NCBI GenBank assembly: GCA_963829055.1
Contig: CAWHHI010000020.1
Location: 640,001-704,000, forward strand
DNA from: an uncultured Gemmatimonadaceae bacterium
Lineage (GTDB): Bacteria; Gemmatimonadota; Gemmatimonadetes; Gemmatimonadales; Gemmatimonadaceae
Direction: 5' to 3'
DNA length: 64,000 nt
In this document: piece after piece, positions 37,718 through 49,146 of the stretch
Layout: every line of letters begins with the position of its first letter
Position numbering within the stretch: the first letter of the stretch is position 1
Notes under the pieces: model-generated
What the model saw: the letters and a program-made list of their open reading frames with translations, nothing else
What the model was told of the DNA's origin: nothing
The model's database searches: none
Position numbers and translations under genes: made by a program

Positions 37718-39117
37718 ATGACGACACGACATCTCGCACTAATACTTTTCGTCGGCGCCACGCCTGTACTCGGGGCGCAGACGCGCCCCGCCGCGACCAC
37801 GGCCACGACCTCGTCGCTGAGCGCGCAGACCGGCGGGCAGACGCAGACCATCACGTTCGACGACGCGATCCGCATCGCGCTCCAGCAGAACACGACGCTC
37901 GAGCAGGCGAACAACACGGCCGCGCTCAATGCCGCCAACGTTAGGCAGCAGCGGCTGTCGTTCCTGCCCGACCTTCGTCTGACCACGAACACCGGACAGA
38001 ACTACGGGCGCAGCTTCAGCGAGGAAGAAGGCCGCATCATCGATCAGACGACGCAGTCGCTGACCGCCGGCGTCTCGTCCAGCGTGACGTTGTTCAACGG
38101 GCTCACGAACGTCGCCAACCTGCGCAGTGCACAGCTCACGCAGGAGGCCGGCGATCGCAACGTGAAGCGCGCGGAGCAGACGGTCGCGTTCACCGTCGCG
38201 TCGAACTTCCTGGCGATCGTCCAGCAGCAGGAGCAGCTGCGCGTGCAGCGCGAGAACCTCGCCGCGCAGGAGGCGCAGGAGAAGCAGATCAAGGCGTTCG
38301 TCAACGCCGGCTCGCGCCCGATCTCCGATCTGTATCAGCAGCAGGCGACGGTCGCGGCGGCGCGTACACAGCTCGTGTCCGCGGAGCGCGCGCTGGAGCT
38401 CGCGAAGGTCGACGTGATTCAGACGCTGCAGCTCGATCCGCGCGGCAACTACACGTTCGCGCCACCGGCACTGGATACGACGACGGCCAACAAGGTCAGC
38501 TTCATCTCTCGACAGCCTGTTGACGCGCGCGCTCGGGCCGTCGTACCGACCTGTTCGCGCAGCAGTCGCTGGTGAGCGCGGCCGGACAGGGCGTGAGGGC
38601 GGCGAAGGGCAGCCGGTGGCCAGCGCTTTCGCTGACGGCCGGCTACAACTCGGCCTACAACAGCGCGACGAACATCGCGTTCAACGATCAGCTGAATCAG
38701 CGCCGAGGCGGTTCGCTGGGGCTCGGGTTGTCGATTCCATTGTTCGACCGTGGTTCGACGGACCTCGCGACGCAGCGCGCGCAGATCAATGAGGAGAATG
38801 CGCGACTCGAGCTCAAGAACCGTCAGCAGCAGATCGGGCTCGAGGTGCGTCGCGCGTATCTCGACTATCAGGCGGCGGTACAGCAGCTGGACGCGGCGGA
38901 AGCGCAACTTCGCGCGGCGGCACTCGCGCTCCAGACATCGCAGCAGCGGTACAACGTCGGCGCGGCGACGCTGCTCGAAGTGACGCAGGCGCGTGCGACA
39001 CAGCTGCAGGCGGCGAGCGGTCTCGTCACGGCGCGTTATGGCCTGCTGTTCCAGCGCACGCTGATCGGGTACTACGTCGGCGACCTCGACCCGAGGAACG
39101 TGACGATCGGCGGGTAG
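37718..39117 (+). CDS. TolC family outer membrane efflux protein, frameshift near 38510
   Basis: ITFDDAIRIALQQN, FLPDL, TLFNG, WPALSL, LSIPLFDRG, RYNVGAATLLEV. Confidence 0.9.
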
Positions 39118-39118
39118 C

Positions 39119-39253
39119 GTCATTCCGAGCGCAGGCATCGAAGGCGCGCAGTCGAGGAATCCTTGATGTCTGGTAGAGGGCCTCTCTACCTGAAGGTCAA
39201 GATTCCTCGATTCGCCGACGACTCGCTCGGACTGCGGCCTCGCTCGGAATGAC
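39119..39253. repeat. GTCATTCCGAGC-type REP/MITE-like palindromic element
   Basis: GTCATTCCGAGCG ... CGCTCGGAATGAC termini; inner TCGAGGAATC/GATTCCTCGA stem. Confidence 0.8.
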
Positions 39254-39295
39254 ACCGTATGTTTCCGGTGACGTCACTCGCACCAGGACTTCACG

Positions 39296-39925
39296 ATGGC
39301 TGACGAACCGATCATCTCCCGTGGTTTCCGCGGCCGCCGCGCACCCACCACCCGTGAGAGTCGCATTCCTCCGGGACAGTACGAAGAGCGTGACTTCCCC
39401 GTGCTCTCTGCCGGCCCGACGCCGCACACGCCGCTCGCGAAGTGGGACTTCAAGCTGCGCGGCGTGGACGGGGCGACCGCGACATGGACGTGGGACGAGT
39501 TCAACGCGCTTCCGCACGAGACGGTTACGCGTGACATCCACTGCGTCACGAAGTGGTCGAAGCTCGACACCGTGTGGGACGGCATCTCCGTCGATACGCT
39601 GATCGCTGAAGCCGCGAAGCAGGGTGTCGCCACTGCGCCGTTCATCGTCGCGTTCTCCGACGGCGGATACACGACGAACCTGCCGCTCGAAGACGTGACC
39701 GGTGGCAAGGCGTGGGTCGCGTTCGGCTATGATGGAAAGCCGCTGCATCCCGAGCACGGCGGGCCCGCGCGGTTGCTCGTTCCGCACCTCTACTTCTGGA
39801 AGAGCGCGAAGTGGGTGCGAGGGATCCAGTTCACGGCGCATAACGAGCCGGGCTTCTGGGAAGTCAACGGCTACCACGATCGCGGTGACCCGTGGCGCGA
39901 GCAGCGCTACACGGGCGATCCGTGA
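39296..39925 (+). CDS. Sulfite-oxidase-like molybdopterin-binding oxidoreductase
   Basis: RIPPGQ, DIHCVTKWS, YTTNLPL, EHGGPARLLVPHLYFWKSAKW, GYHDRGDPWREQRY. Confidence 0.92.
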   Translation: MADEPIISRGFRGRRAPTTRESRIPPGQYEERDFPVLSAGPTPHTPLAKWDFKLRGVDGATATWTWDEFNALPHETVTRDIHCVTKWSKLDTVWDGISVDTLIAEAAKQGVATAPFIVAFSDGGYTTNLPLEDVTGGKAWVAFGYDGKPLHPEHGGPARLLVPHLYFWKSAKWVRGIQFTAHNEPGFWEVNGYHDRGDPWREQRYTGDP

Positions 39926-40705
39926 CGGAGACACCCGATCTCGCTTCGCCCGCCGCACGGCCCGCCCGCATCGAGTGGCGCGCGGCGACGGTCGCCGACG
40001 TGATCGTCGAGACGCCTCACGCGAAGACACTCGTGCTGAATGTACCCGGCTGGCCGGGCCATGCCGCCGGCCAGCACGTCGACGTTAGGCTGACGTCCGA
40101 GGACGGGTACCAGGCGCAGCGCAGCTACTCGATCGCGTCGGAGCCGACGCGGGCGACGCTGTCGATCACGATCGAGCGGTTGGACGACGGCGAGGTGTCG
40201 CCGTACCTGACGGACGCGTTAGGCGTCGGCGACAAGCTGGAGCTTCGCGGGCCGATCGGCGGGTATTTCGTGTGGGACCCGACGCTGGCGGGCCCGCTGT
40301 TTCTCGTGGCGGGCGGCTCGGGGATCGTCCCGCTCATGGCGATGCTCCGGACGCGCGCGGCGGCGTCGCCCGTGAGCCGTGCGGCCGCACCGGCGACGCT
40401 GTTGTACTCGTCGCGTGGCTGGGAGGACGTGATCTACCGCGAGGAGCTCGCGGGTCTAGCGAGTGACCCGGGCGTCCGCGTGATCCACACGCTCACGCGA
40501 TCGCAGCCTCCCGGCTGGACGGGCTTCAGCCGCCGCATCGACGCCGACATGCTCACCGAGGTGGCGCCAGCCCGCCTCGACGCACCCCCACATCTATGTA
40601 TGTGGGCCGACGCCGCTGGTCGAATCGGTCGCGCAGACCCTCGTGGAGCTCGGACACGAACCGGGCCGAGTGAAAACCGAGCGCTTCGGTCCGACTGGGC
40701 CTTAG
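39922..40705 (+). CDS. Ferredoxin reductase (FAD/NAD-binding oxidoreductase), frameshift near 40580
   Basis: AGQHVDVRL, RSYSIAS, GEVSPYL, RGPIG, AGGSGIVP, YVCGP, KTERFGPTG. Confidence 0.9.
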
Positions 40706-40729
40706 GAAGGAGGCCTGAGGAAGGAGGCG

Positions 40730-40856
40730 TGTCATTCCGAGCGGACTGCTCCGCGAGCGCGGAGTCGAGGAATCCTTAGTCTGCCTGGCAGAGGGCTCTC
40801 TGCTGGGCAGACCAAGGATTCCGTTCGACCTCGCTTCGTCTCCGCTCGGAATGACA
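40730..40856. repeat. GTCATTCCGAGC-type REP/MITE-like palindromic element
   Basis: Perfect 16-bp terminal IR TGTCATTCCGAGCGGA / TCCGCTCGGAATGACA with inner GGAATCCTT/AAGGATTCC stem. Confidence 0.85.
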
Positions 40857-40869
40857 GCCAAACTGGGAC

Positions 40870-40921
40870 TTGACTTATCGAGCGACTCTGCTGAAAATTC
40901 AACACGGCTGAAAAATCAGCA
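40870..40921 (+). promoter_or_regulatory. Promoter (-35 TTGACT) with tandem palindromic operator boxes GCTGA-N4-TCA(A/G)C upstream of the BlaI-like gene
   Basis: TGCTGAAAATTCAACA (40889-40904) and GGCTGAAAAATCAGCA (40906-40921); third box at 43682-43697. Confidence 0.65.
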
Positions 40922-40967
40922 CAGCTCCTTCCGTAGTTCTGCATTTCAACCTGGCCGGCATATCTAC

Positions 40968-41361
40968 ATGCCCAAGACATCACCGACCGACGACCTCTCT
41001 CGGCGCGAACGGCAGGTCATGGAGATCCTGCACCGCCGAGGCGAGTCGACTGTCGCCGAGATCATGGCGGAGCTCCCCGATCCGCCCACGTACTCCGCCG
41101 TCCGCTCGATCCTCCGGATCCTGAGCGAGAAGCGAGCTCATCGAGTACAAGGAAGACGGACCGAGGTACGTGTATTTCCCGGCCGCACCGACCGAAGCAA
41201 CGCGAGACGACGCGCTCGAGCACGTCGTCCGGACGTACTTCGGTGGCTCGACCGAGCAGGCCGTCACCGCGCTTCTCCGGATGTCGGATGCCGACATCAG
41301 CGACGGTGAGGTTGACCGACTCCGCGACAAGATTCGCCGCGCGCGGATCAGCGGGAGGTAA
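40968..41361 (+). CDS. BlaI/MecI/CopY family repressor, frameshift near 41130
   Basis: LSRRERQVMEILHRRGESTVAEI...TYSAVRSILRIL.EK, GPRYVYFP, VVRTYFGGS. Confidence 0.9.
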
Positions 41362-41368
41362 GAGGACA

Positions 41369-43605
41369 ATGCCCGCCATATTCTCCGGGTTCTCCGGCGA
41401 GACCGCCATCGGCTGGTCTCTCCGTGCTCATGATTCTCGCGAAGGCAACCGTCGTGTTGCTGGCCGCGCTCGTCGTCACCCGCGCGATGGAGCGCGGCTC
41501 CGCGATCTCTCGCCACCTCGTGTGGTTCGTATCACTCGGCGCACTGCTGCTGATACCGGTGCTCGCGTCGTGGAGTCCGATCCGGCTGGCGATCCTGCCA
41601 CCAATCGACTCGTTCGAGGCTGCGCCTTCCACGGCCTCGGCACCAAGCGCTCCGGCGCCGGCAATCGCCACTCCGGCCGTTGCTCCCGCTCCGGCCCCTG
41701 CCCCAGCGCCCGCGCCGATGGTGGCTGCGCCGCCGGCCTCGACATCCGTTCCGAACGTCGAGGCGACAGTGAATACCGTGCGCAACATTGTGTCACCTAA
41801 GATGCAGTGGTTCGGCATCTTGAGTGAGCCCAACGGTTCTGTTCGCCATCTGGGCTACTGTCGCTGTACTGTTCGCTAGCTGGCTAGCGTACGGCGCCTG
41901 TCCGTTCACCAAATCATCCGCCGATCGCGCGTCCTCGACACGCCGGACTGGATGAATCCACTGTGGGAAGTCGCCGATCGCCTCGAGCTCGGCGAGCGCT
42001 CCGCGTCTCGTGCGCAGCGAGGACGCGAAGATGCCGTTCGCCTGCGGGCTGCTGCAGCCGACCATCGTGCTTCCGGCCGAGTGTGACAGCTGGACGCTCG
42101 ATCGCCGACGTGCCGTTCTTCTTCACGAGCTGGCGCACATCCGCCGTCGCGACCTCGTGGGTCACACGGTCGGCCGGTTCGCCTGCGCGCTGTACTGGTT
42201 CCACCCGCTCGTGTGGACGGCGGCCAAGCGGCTGCGGTCCGAGAGCGAGCGCGCGTGCGATGACCTGGCGCTCACCTGCGGTGCTCGCGCGAGCGACTAC
42301 GCCGAGCATCTGCTCGATATCGTGACGGGCGTTCGGCATCACGCGACGCCGGCGGTCGCCCTGGCCATGGCGCGGCGGAAGGAGTTCGAGGGGCGCATGC
42401 TCGCGATCCTCGATCCGGAGCTGCGTCGCGGTGCGCCGAGTCGGAAGCAGACGGTCGGGCTGGTAGGCGGACTGGCGGTGCTGTCGCTGGTCGTTGGCGC
42501 GGCGGTACCGGTGGCTCGCGCCGCTGACGTGTCGGTCATCCGCAACCTCGTCGCGCGGTGCGACGGCCGCGGCGACCGACACGCCCAGCTTCCTCGATGA
42601 GGAGATGTCGCAGTCGGTTCGCACGGTGGAGCGCAAGGAAACTCGCGACAGCAGACGTCGCGCGCGGATCGACTCGGTGCGCGTGCGCAACGATCTCGGG
42701 ACGGCGATCGGCACGCGCAGTCGGTACGCGCGGTGGGCACCATCGTGAGCAAGACGGTGGCAAGTCGGTCGGCCAGATCGCTCGAGCACGGTCGAGGCGG
42801 TGGTGCCGCCGCGATCACCGCAACGGTTTCGTCGATCGAAGCGCTGACGGCCGCGATCAAGTCGCCGAACGCGAAGCAGGGTCGTTCGGACGATCGCCCG
42901 GCGCTGCTCGCGAACGTGCTGAAGTCGGACACGAGTGCGGCGCTGCGCCGCGTGGCGGCGTGGGGACTCGCGCAGTTCGCGGACAACGAAGTAGCCGCCG
43001 ACGCGCTGGCGGGTGCGTTCGCCGCGACACGGACGCGTCGGTGCGCGAGATGGCCGCCTGGGCACTCGCCGACGCGCACACGAGCTCGACGGTGATCGAC
43101 GCGTTGTCGACCGCGCTGCGTCGCGACGCGAGCTCGAAGGTTCGTGCGTCCGCGGCGTGGGCGTTCGGCAACATCGGCGACCGACGATGCGGTCGAAGCA
43201 CTGCGGCGGCGTTGAGCGACTCGAGCCGAGGTGTGCGGCTCCGCGCGGTGTGGGCGATCGGCAGCATTCCGAGCCGAAGACAGGCGCCGAAGGCGGTGCT
43301 CGCGCTGCTCTCGGACAAGGACGCCGAGGTGCGCCAGCTCGCGGCGTGGGCGCTGTTCAACATTCAGGATCCCGACGCGGTGCCGGCGCTCGACGACGGC
43401 AATGCGTCGGAGACGGATCGCGACACGCAGCGGGCGCTGATCCGCGCGCTGGCGTCGACTGGCGAGAAGTCGGTGGACGCGATCAAGCGCGCTGATCGAC
43501 TCGAAGGATCCGGAGGTGCGGGAGGCGGCGATTCGCGCGCTCGCCGGCGGCGGCAGCAGCGGCCCGTGGCCGTGGCCGTGGCCGGAGCCGCGTCCGTATC
43601 CCTGA
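41369..43605 (+). CDS. BlaR1/M56 metallopeptidase signal transducer with C-terminal HEAT repeats and PWPWPWPEPRPYP tail, frameshifted
   Basis: RHLVW, PFACGLLQPTIVLP, VLLHELAHIRRRD, WFHPLVW, SERACDD; then repeats VRxxAAWAL; ends GPWPWPWPEPRPYP-TGA at 43605. Confidence 0.85.
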
Positions 43606-43681
43606 CAGCCCGACGCGCAGTTCGGTGACGGGCGCTGCCTAACGAATGATGTCCGGCGCGCCCGTTTCCTTTCACCAGAAG

Positions 43682-43697
43682 TGCTGAATTTTCAACA
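43682..43697 (+). promoter_or_regulatory. Third copy of the putative BlaI operator, upstream of the second HEAT gene
   Basis: TGCTGAATTTTCAACA, matching box 1 at 40889-40904. Confidence 0.6.
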
Positions 43698-43753
43698 GGA
43701 TGGCGCATCGTCGCGCCCTGGATCGACGGCTCTGGCCGACCTTCGGAGGAACC

Positions 43754-45170
43754 ATGTATCGCACAGTCGGAATCATTCTCGCCGGTGTGTTCATCACGTT
43801 CACGGCGGAGACGCCGCGGAGTCGATCGGCGATCATCGACGGCTTCGGCGGCCGCGTCATTCGGGTCGGCGCTCGCAGACGCGCCGGCGGGTCGAGCGGA
43901 CCGGCAGCAGCACAGGATGTCGCAGCGGTGCTCGGTGCCGCGCGCGGTGTGCCGCCGCTGATCTGCGCGTTCGCGGCACAGGCAGTGTGGGGTGGCGGGT
44001 GGGGTGGATACGACGCGCCCTCGTCGCCGGTCGCGTCGGAGATCGCCGACCGCATTCAGAGACATGGCGCGCGAGAAGTTCGGCGCGAGCGACGTCCGGC
44101 TGCTGATGGACAGTCTGTCGAGCACCGATCCGTGCGTGCGCGAGCTGTCCGTGCGATTGATCGGCCGTCAGCGCGATGAGAGCGTGGTGTCTGGTCTCGT
44201 CGAGCGCCTCGGTTCCCGGACGCCGGAGCTCCGCGAGGTTGCCGCGCTCGGACTCGGCTTCATCGGAGCCGAAGAGTGCCGTCGATCCGCTCGTGCGTGC
44301 GCTGCGCGATGCGACGCCGGGCGTGCGCGCGAATTCGGCGTGGGCGCTCGGGCGCATCGAGGATGGTCGCGCGCTGCGGCCGCTCGTGGATCTCTTCCGC
44401 GACGAGTCGGCGCAGGTGCGTGAGGCAGCGACCATCGCGGTCGGTCGCATGGATTCGTCGAGCGCGGTCGAGGCGCTGATCCGCGTGGTGCGCGAGGACG
44501 CGAGCGCGCAGGTGCGTCGCTCTGCCGCATGGGCGCTCGGTCAGCTCGAGGCGCGGAGCGCGGTGGACGTGTTGATCGCGGTGCTGCGCCAGGACGCGGA
44601 CGAGCGCGTGCGTGAGATGGCGGCGTGGGCGCTGGGCAGTCTGGACACGAAGGCGGCGGCGCCGGGCCTCATCGGCGCGCTCCGGCGTGACTCGAGCGAC
44701 GCGGTGCGCGAGACGGCGGCGTGGGCGTTAGGCAACGTGGAAGATCGCACGGCAGCCGACATTCTCGGCGATGCCGTTCGCAGCGACAAGAGCGCGCGCG
44801 TACGTGGCACGGCGGCGTGGGCGTTAGGCCAGCTCGATACGAAGGTGGCTCCGCGAGGCCTGATCGAGGGGCTCAGCGATCAGGAGGACGACGTGCGCAC
44901 TCAAGGCGGCGTGGGCGCTTGGCCAGATCGGAGACTCGAGCGCGGTGACCGGCGATTCAGAACGCGCTCCAAGCCGAGAAGAGTGAGCGGGCGCGGAAGG
45001 CGGAGATCCGCGCGCTGCTCGCGTCGGGCGGCCGGTCGGAGGCGATGCTGACGGAGCTGCTCAAGTCGACGGATCCGACGGTGCGTGAGTCGGCGGTTCG
45101 CGGGCTGGTGGGCAATCACTCGTTCAATCCGTGGCCGTGGCCATGGCCGAGGCCGCGTCCGTATCCGTAG
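43754..45170 (+). CDS. Exported HEAT (PBS-lyase-like) repeat protein with PWPWPWPRPRPYP tail, frameshifted
   Basis: RBS GGAGGA; hydrophobic N-terminus; about 8 repeats VRxxAAWALG; ends FNPWPWPWPRPRPYP-TAG at 45170. Confidence 0.8.
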
Positions 45171-45406
45171 ACGGAGCTGCCGGAGGACAGGAAGGGGAGC
45201 CGGAAGGCGGGAATCGGCGGAGCGGCGGAGCGCGGAGAACGTCGATCGCGGTCAGCCGTCTCCGCGGCTTCCAGCCTTCCTCGGCGTCCGCCTTCCTCGC
45301 GTTCCGCCTTCCGCTATGCCGGCGCTGCTCATGGTATGATCCGCAGGGTCGGCGCGTGTTGCTCATGCGCTCCGACCCCACGTTCACGCCATACTCGAGT
45401 TACGCC

Positions 45407-47098
45407 ATGTCTCTGCGGTCCATGCGGACACCGTTCCGCCTCGTGTTCGCCGCGTGTGTCGCGGCCCTCGTTACAAGTTCGGCTGTCGACGCGCAGGCGC
45501 CGACTGTTCGGGCGCCGAGGTTCGAGGTGACCGTCGATCCGGCAACGCGCTCGACGCCACTCACGGGGCGGCTCGTGGTCGTCGTGTCGAAGGTCGCGCA
45601 GCCCGAGCCGCGGATGCTCATCGCGCCGCAGGGCGCCGGCGCTGTTCGCGATCGACCTCGAACAGCTGCGTGCCGGGCAGCCGGCGATCGTCGACACGAA
45701 GTCGCTCGGATATCCGGTGCCGCTCGCGTCGCTGCCGGCGGGCGACTACTACGCGCAGGCCATCGTGAACACGTACGAGGCCGTGAAGCGCGCGGACGGC
45801 AAGACGATCTGGGTGCACTTCAACGACGGCACGCAGGAGGTCATGCAGATCGCCGCCGGCAACGTGTACAGCGACGTGCAGAAGATCCACGTCGGCAACG
45901 GCGGCACCGTGAGGCTCCGCATCAACAAGACCATCCCGCCGAACCCGCGCCCGCAGGACACGGAGTGGGTCAAGCACGCGCGCATTCAGAGCCAGAAGCT
46001 GACGGCGTTCTGGGGACGCCCGGTGTACGTGTACGCGACGGTGCTCCTGCCGAAGGGGTACAACGAGCACCCTAACGTGAAGTATCCGACCGTCTACACG
46101 TTCGGGCACAACGTGCCGTTCAGCTTCAACCCGGACTCGACGCGCACTCGCGGGCTCGGCCAGATCAATCCGGTGACTGGGACCGAAACGGGCTACGACT
46201 TCTACAAGTCGTGGATCGCGGACGGCTTCCCGCGCTTCATCGCCGTGAGCTTCGAGCAGGCGACGCCGTGGTTCCTCGATTCCTACTCCGTGAACTCGGC
46301 GCAGAACGGACCGTACGGCGACGCGATGGAGGAGGAGATCATCCCGGCGCTCGAGAAGCAGTTCCGGATGATCGGCAAGCCGTACGCGCGGCTCGCGGAG
46401 GGTGCGTCGACGGGTGGCTGGCAGACGCTCGCGCTGCAGCTCAAGCATCCCGACTTCTTCGGCGGCGCGTGGGTGCTGCAGCCGGACCCGATCGATTTCC
46501 GGCGCTACCAGCTCGTGGACATCTACGCGGACACGAATGCGTTCCTCGTGCCGAACACGCAGTTCACGACGACCGAGCGTCCGTTCAAGCGCACGCCGGA
46601 GGGACAGGTACAGTGGACGCTGCGCCAGCTCAGCCTGTTCGAGGAGGTGCTCGGCACTCGCGGCCGGTCGAACTACCAGCTCGAGGGGTGGGAGGCGATC
46701 TACGGACCGCTCGGACGCGGACGGCTATCCGAAGCCGCTCTGGAACAAGCTCACGGGGACGATCGACAAGAGCGTCGCGAACTACATGCGCGACAACGGC
46801 TACGACCTGCGCGACTACGCGCAGAAGAACTGGGCCACGTTAGGCCCGAAGGTCGCGGGCAAGCTGCACTTCTTCGCCGGCGACATGGACGACTTCTACC
46901 TGAACCTCGCGGTCTACCGGTTCGAGGAGTTCCTCAAGAGCACGCCGGAGCGGGAAGAACGTGCCGTTCACGTACAACCGACCGATGAAGGGTCACAGCT
47001 CACACGCGATGCCGTGGGCCGAGCTCGTTAGGCAGATGGGCGCGTACGTGAAGAAGAACACGCCGGCTGGAGATGACGCGAGCGCGTGGTGGTACTAG
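45407..47098 (+). CDS. Secreted putative esterase (alpha/beta hydrolase), frameshifted
   Basis: Signal peptide ...SAVDAQ; LTAFWGRPV..ATVLLPKGY, NSAQNGPYGD, GASTGGW (GxSxG), GDMDDFY. Confidence 0.8.
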
Positions 47099-47104
47099 GG
47101 GTGC

Positions 47105-47236
47105 TGTCATCCCGAGCGAAGCGGCAGCGGCGAGGGATCTTCTGTGAAGTACTCGTGGCCAGGTCAGCCACAATGACGTTCGAGAAGATCCCTCGCGTGC
47201 CGCTCGGGATGACAATCGCTGCCGCTCGGGATGACA
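47105..47236. repeat. GTCATCCCGAGC-type palindromic element with duplicated right end
   Basis: TGTCATCCCGAGCG ... CGCTCGGGATGACA (to 47214) plus a second GCTCGGGATGACA (to 47236); core TGTGAAGTACTCGTGGCC. Confidence 0.8.
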
Positions 47237-47367
47237 CCTGCTGCCGCATGACGGTTCCCATGAGCTCGTCATAGCTGCCGCGGATTTGTACTCCGGACTC
47301 GACCCGCACGCCACTGATTGGCACGTCCATCGCGCCATCACCGCCTGAGCGTCCAACAGGAGGAGCG

Positions 47368-47937
47368 ATGGCTAGTGGAGCAGCGGTTCAGGCAGGCGAG
47401 GCGACGTGGCGACTCGACCCGGCGCACTCGAGCGTCGAGTTCTCGGTCAAGCACATGATGATGACGACGGTGCGCGGCCGTTTCAAAACGGTGAACGCGA
47501 AGCTGACGGCGGACGAGTCGCACCCGGAAGGCTGCTGCGTCGAGGTCGAGATCGACGCCGCGAGTCTCGACACCGGCGTCGCGGACCGCGATGCGCACCT
47601 ACGTGGGCCAGACTTCTTCGACGCGGAGAACCATCCGAAGATCACGTTCAAGAGCAGGCGGCTCGAGGGCAACTTCGGCGGCGAGGGCGACCGGTTCCGC
47701 GCGGTCGGCGATCTCACGATGCGCGATCAGACGATGGAGATCGTGCTCGACTGTGAGTTCCTGGGACGCGGAAAGGATCCGTGGGGGAACGAGCGCGCGG
47801 GATTCAGCGCCCACACCGACCTGGATCGGCGCGAATGGGGGCTTCGCTGGAATCAGGCGATCGAGACGGGCGGCGTGCTGGTCGCGAACCGCGTCCGCAT
47901 CGACGTCGAAGTGCAGTTCGTGAAGGAGAACCAGTAG
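47368..47937 (+). CDS. YceI family lipid/polyisoprenoid-binding protein
   Basis: WRLDPAHSSVEFSVKHMM..VRGRF, RDAHLRGPDFFDA, GDLTMR, DPWGNERAGF; RBS AGGAGG. Confidence 0.92.
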   Translation: MASGAAVQAGEATWRLDPAHSSVEFSVKHMMMTTVRGRFKTVNAKLTADESHPEGCCVEVEIDAASLDTGVADRDAHLRGPDFFDAENHPKITFKSRRLEGNFGGEGDRFRAVGDLTMRDQTMEIVLDCEFLGRGKDPWGNERAGFSAHTDLDRREWGLRWNQAIETGGVLVANRVRIDVEVQFVKENQ

Positions 47938-47984
47938 CAGCGATCAGCAGCGATCGTAGCGATACACGGCTGACGGGGCGCGAC

Positions 47985-48955
47985 TCAGCGGTCGATGCGG
48001 ACTCGCCCGCCCTGCACCTCGCAATGCGCGCTCAGCACCGAGCAGACGACGTTCACCACCTCCTGCACCGGGCGATCGGTGAAGCTGGCGGTGATCGTTT
48101 CGCGCGCGAGTGCGGAATCCGAGATCGTCACCGGCGTTCCGTACACGCGCTCGATCTCGCGCGCTGCCTCGCGCAACGGCGTCGCCTGAAACGCGAGAAA
48201 TGTCCCGACCCACGTGGCGACCGCGACGGGTGCGGCGGCGCGGGTCGGACGCGTGACGGCGCCGTCGCGCACGCCGCTCTCCTCGCCGGCGGCGACTTCG
48301 ATGCGCCCCTGCTGCGTGCTCAGCGCGACTTTGCCCTCGACGACGCGCAGGTCGAGACGATCGGCGTTCGTGACGAGCTCGAAGCGGGTGCCGAGTACGC
48401 GCGCGTCGCCAGCGCGAGTGTGAACGAGCAGTGGGTAGCGCGGCATCCGCTCCACGGCGAAGAACGCGCGGCCCTCGAGACTCACCTCGCGCCCGCGCCC
48501 CGCGTGCACGCGGAGCCGGCTCGACGGCGCGAGCCTAACGACGCTTCCCTCTCCCAGCTGAACGGTGGCGAGCTCCGTCGCGCCGGTGACGACCTCGGTG
48601 GCTCCCCAGCCCGGAATGGCATCGGCGTCGGTCGCGACACGCTCGCGAAGCGACACGACGGCGACGATGGCCGCGGCTGCCGCGATCGCCCACGGCGCGA
48701 ATCGGGCGGCGACACCGCGACCGGCGAATCGGCGTCGCGCCGCGACCCGCGCGACGATCTCCGCGGCCGTGGGTTGTGCGACTGCGTGTCTCGATGTCGC
48801 CGAGCGCGCGACCAGCCTCGAGAAGTCGCAGTGTCGTGCGATACTGACGCTCGTTGTCGGCCGACGCGCGTCGCCACGCGTCGAGCTGCGTCCAACTCGG
48901 CCGCGCTCGCCTCGCCGCGTCGCGCGCGGTCGATCAGTTCGTCCATGGTGGTCAT
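47985..48955 (-). CDS. FecR family anti-sigma/transducer protein, frameshifted; no adjacent ECF sigma or receptor gene
   Basis: MDELIDRA.RGEASAAE, TM segment, VQLGEGSVVRLAPSSRL, REVSLEGRAFF, RVLGTRFE, LAFQATPLREAAREIERVYG. Confidence 0.85.
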
Positions 48956-49146
48956 TCCGAGCGAGCGACGCCGGCTGTCATTCCGAGCGAGCGGAGCGAG
49001 TCGAGGAATCCGACCTGCCTCCGAGGGCTCTACCGGGAGACGGATCTCACTGCGGCCTGCGGCCTCCGCTCGGAATGACACCGATTCCTCGACTGCCTGC
49101 CTGAGCGTAGCGAAGGGCTCGGAATGACCAACCGCTCGGAATGACA
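48951..49146. repeat. Nested cluster of GTCATTCCGAGC-type element ends
   Basis: Two left ends (48951, 48976) and three right ends GCTCGGAATGAC (ending about 49080, 49128, 49146) plus GTCGAGGAATC/GATTCCTCGAC. Confidence 0.8.
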
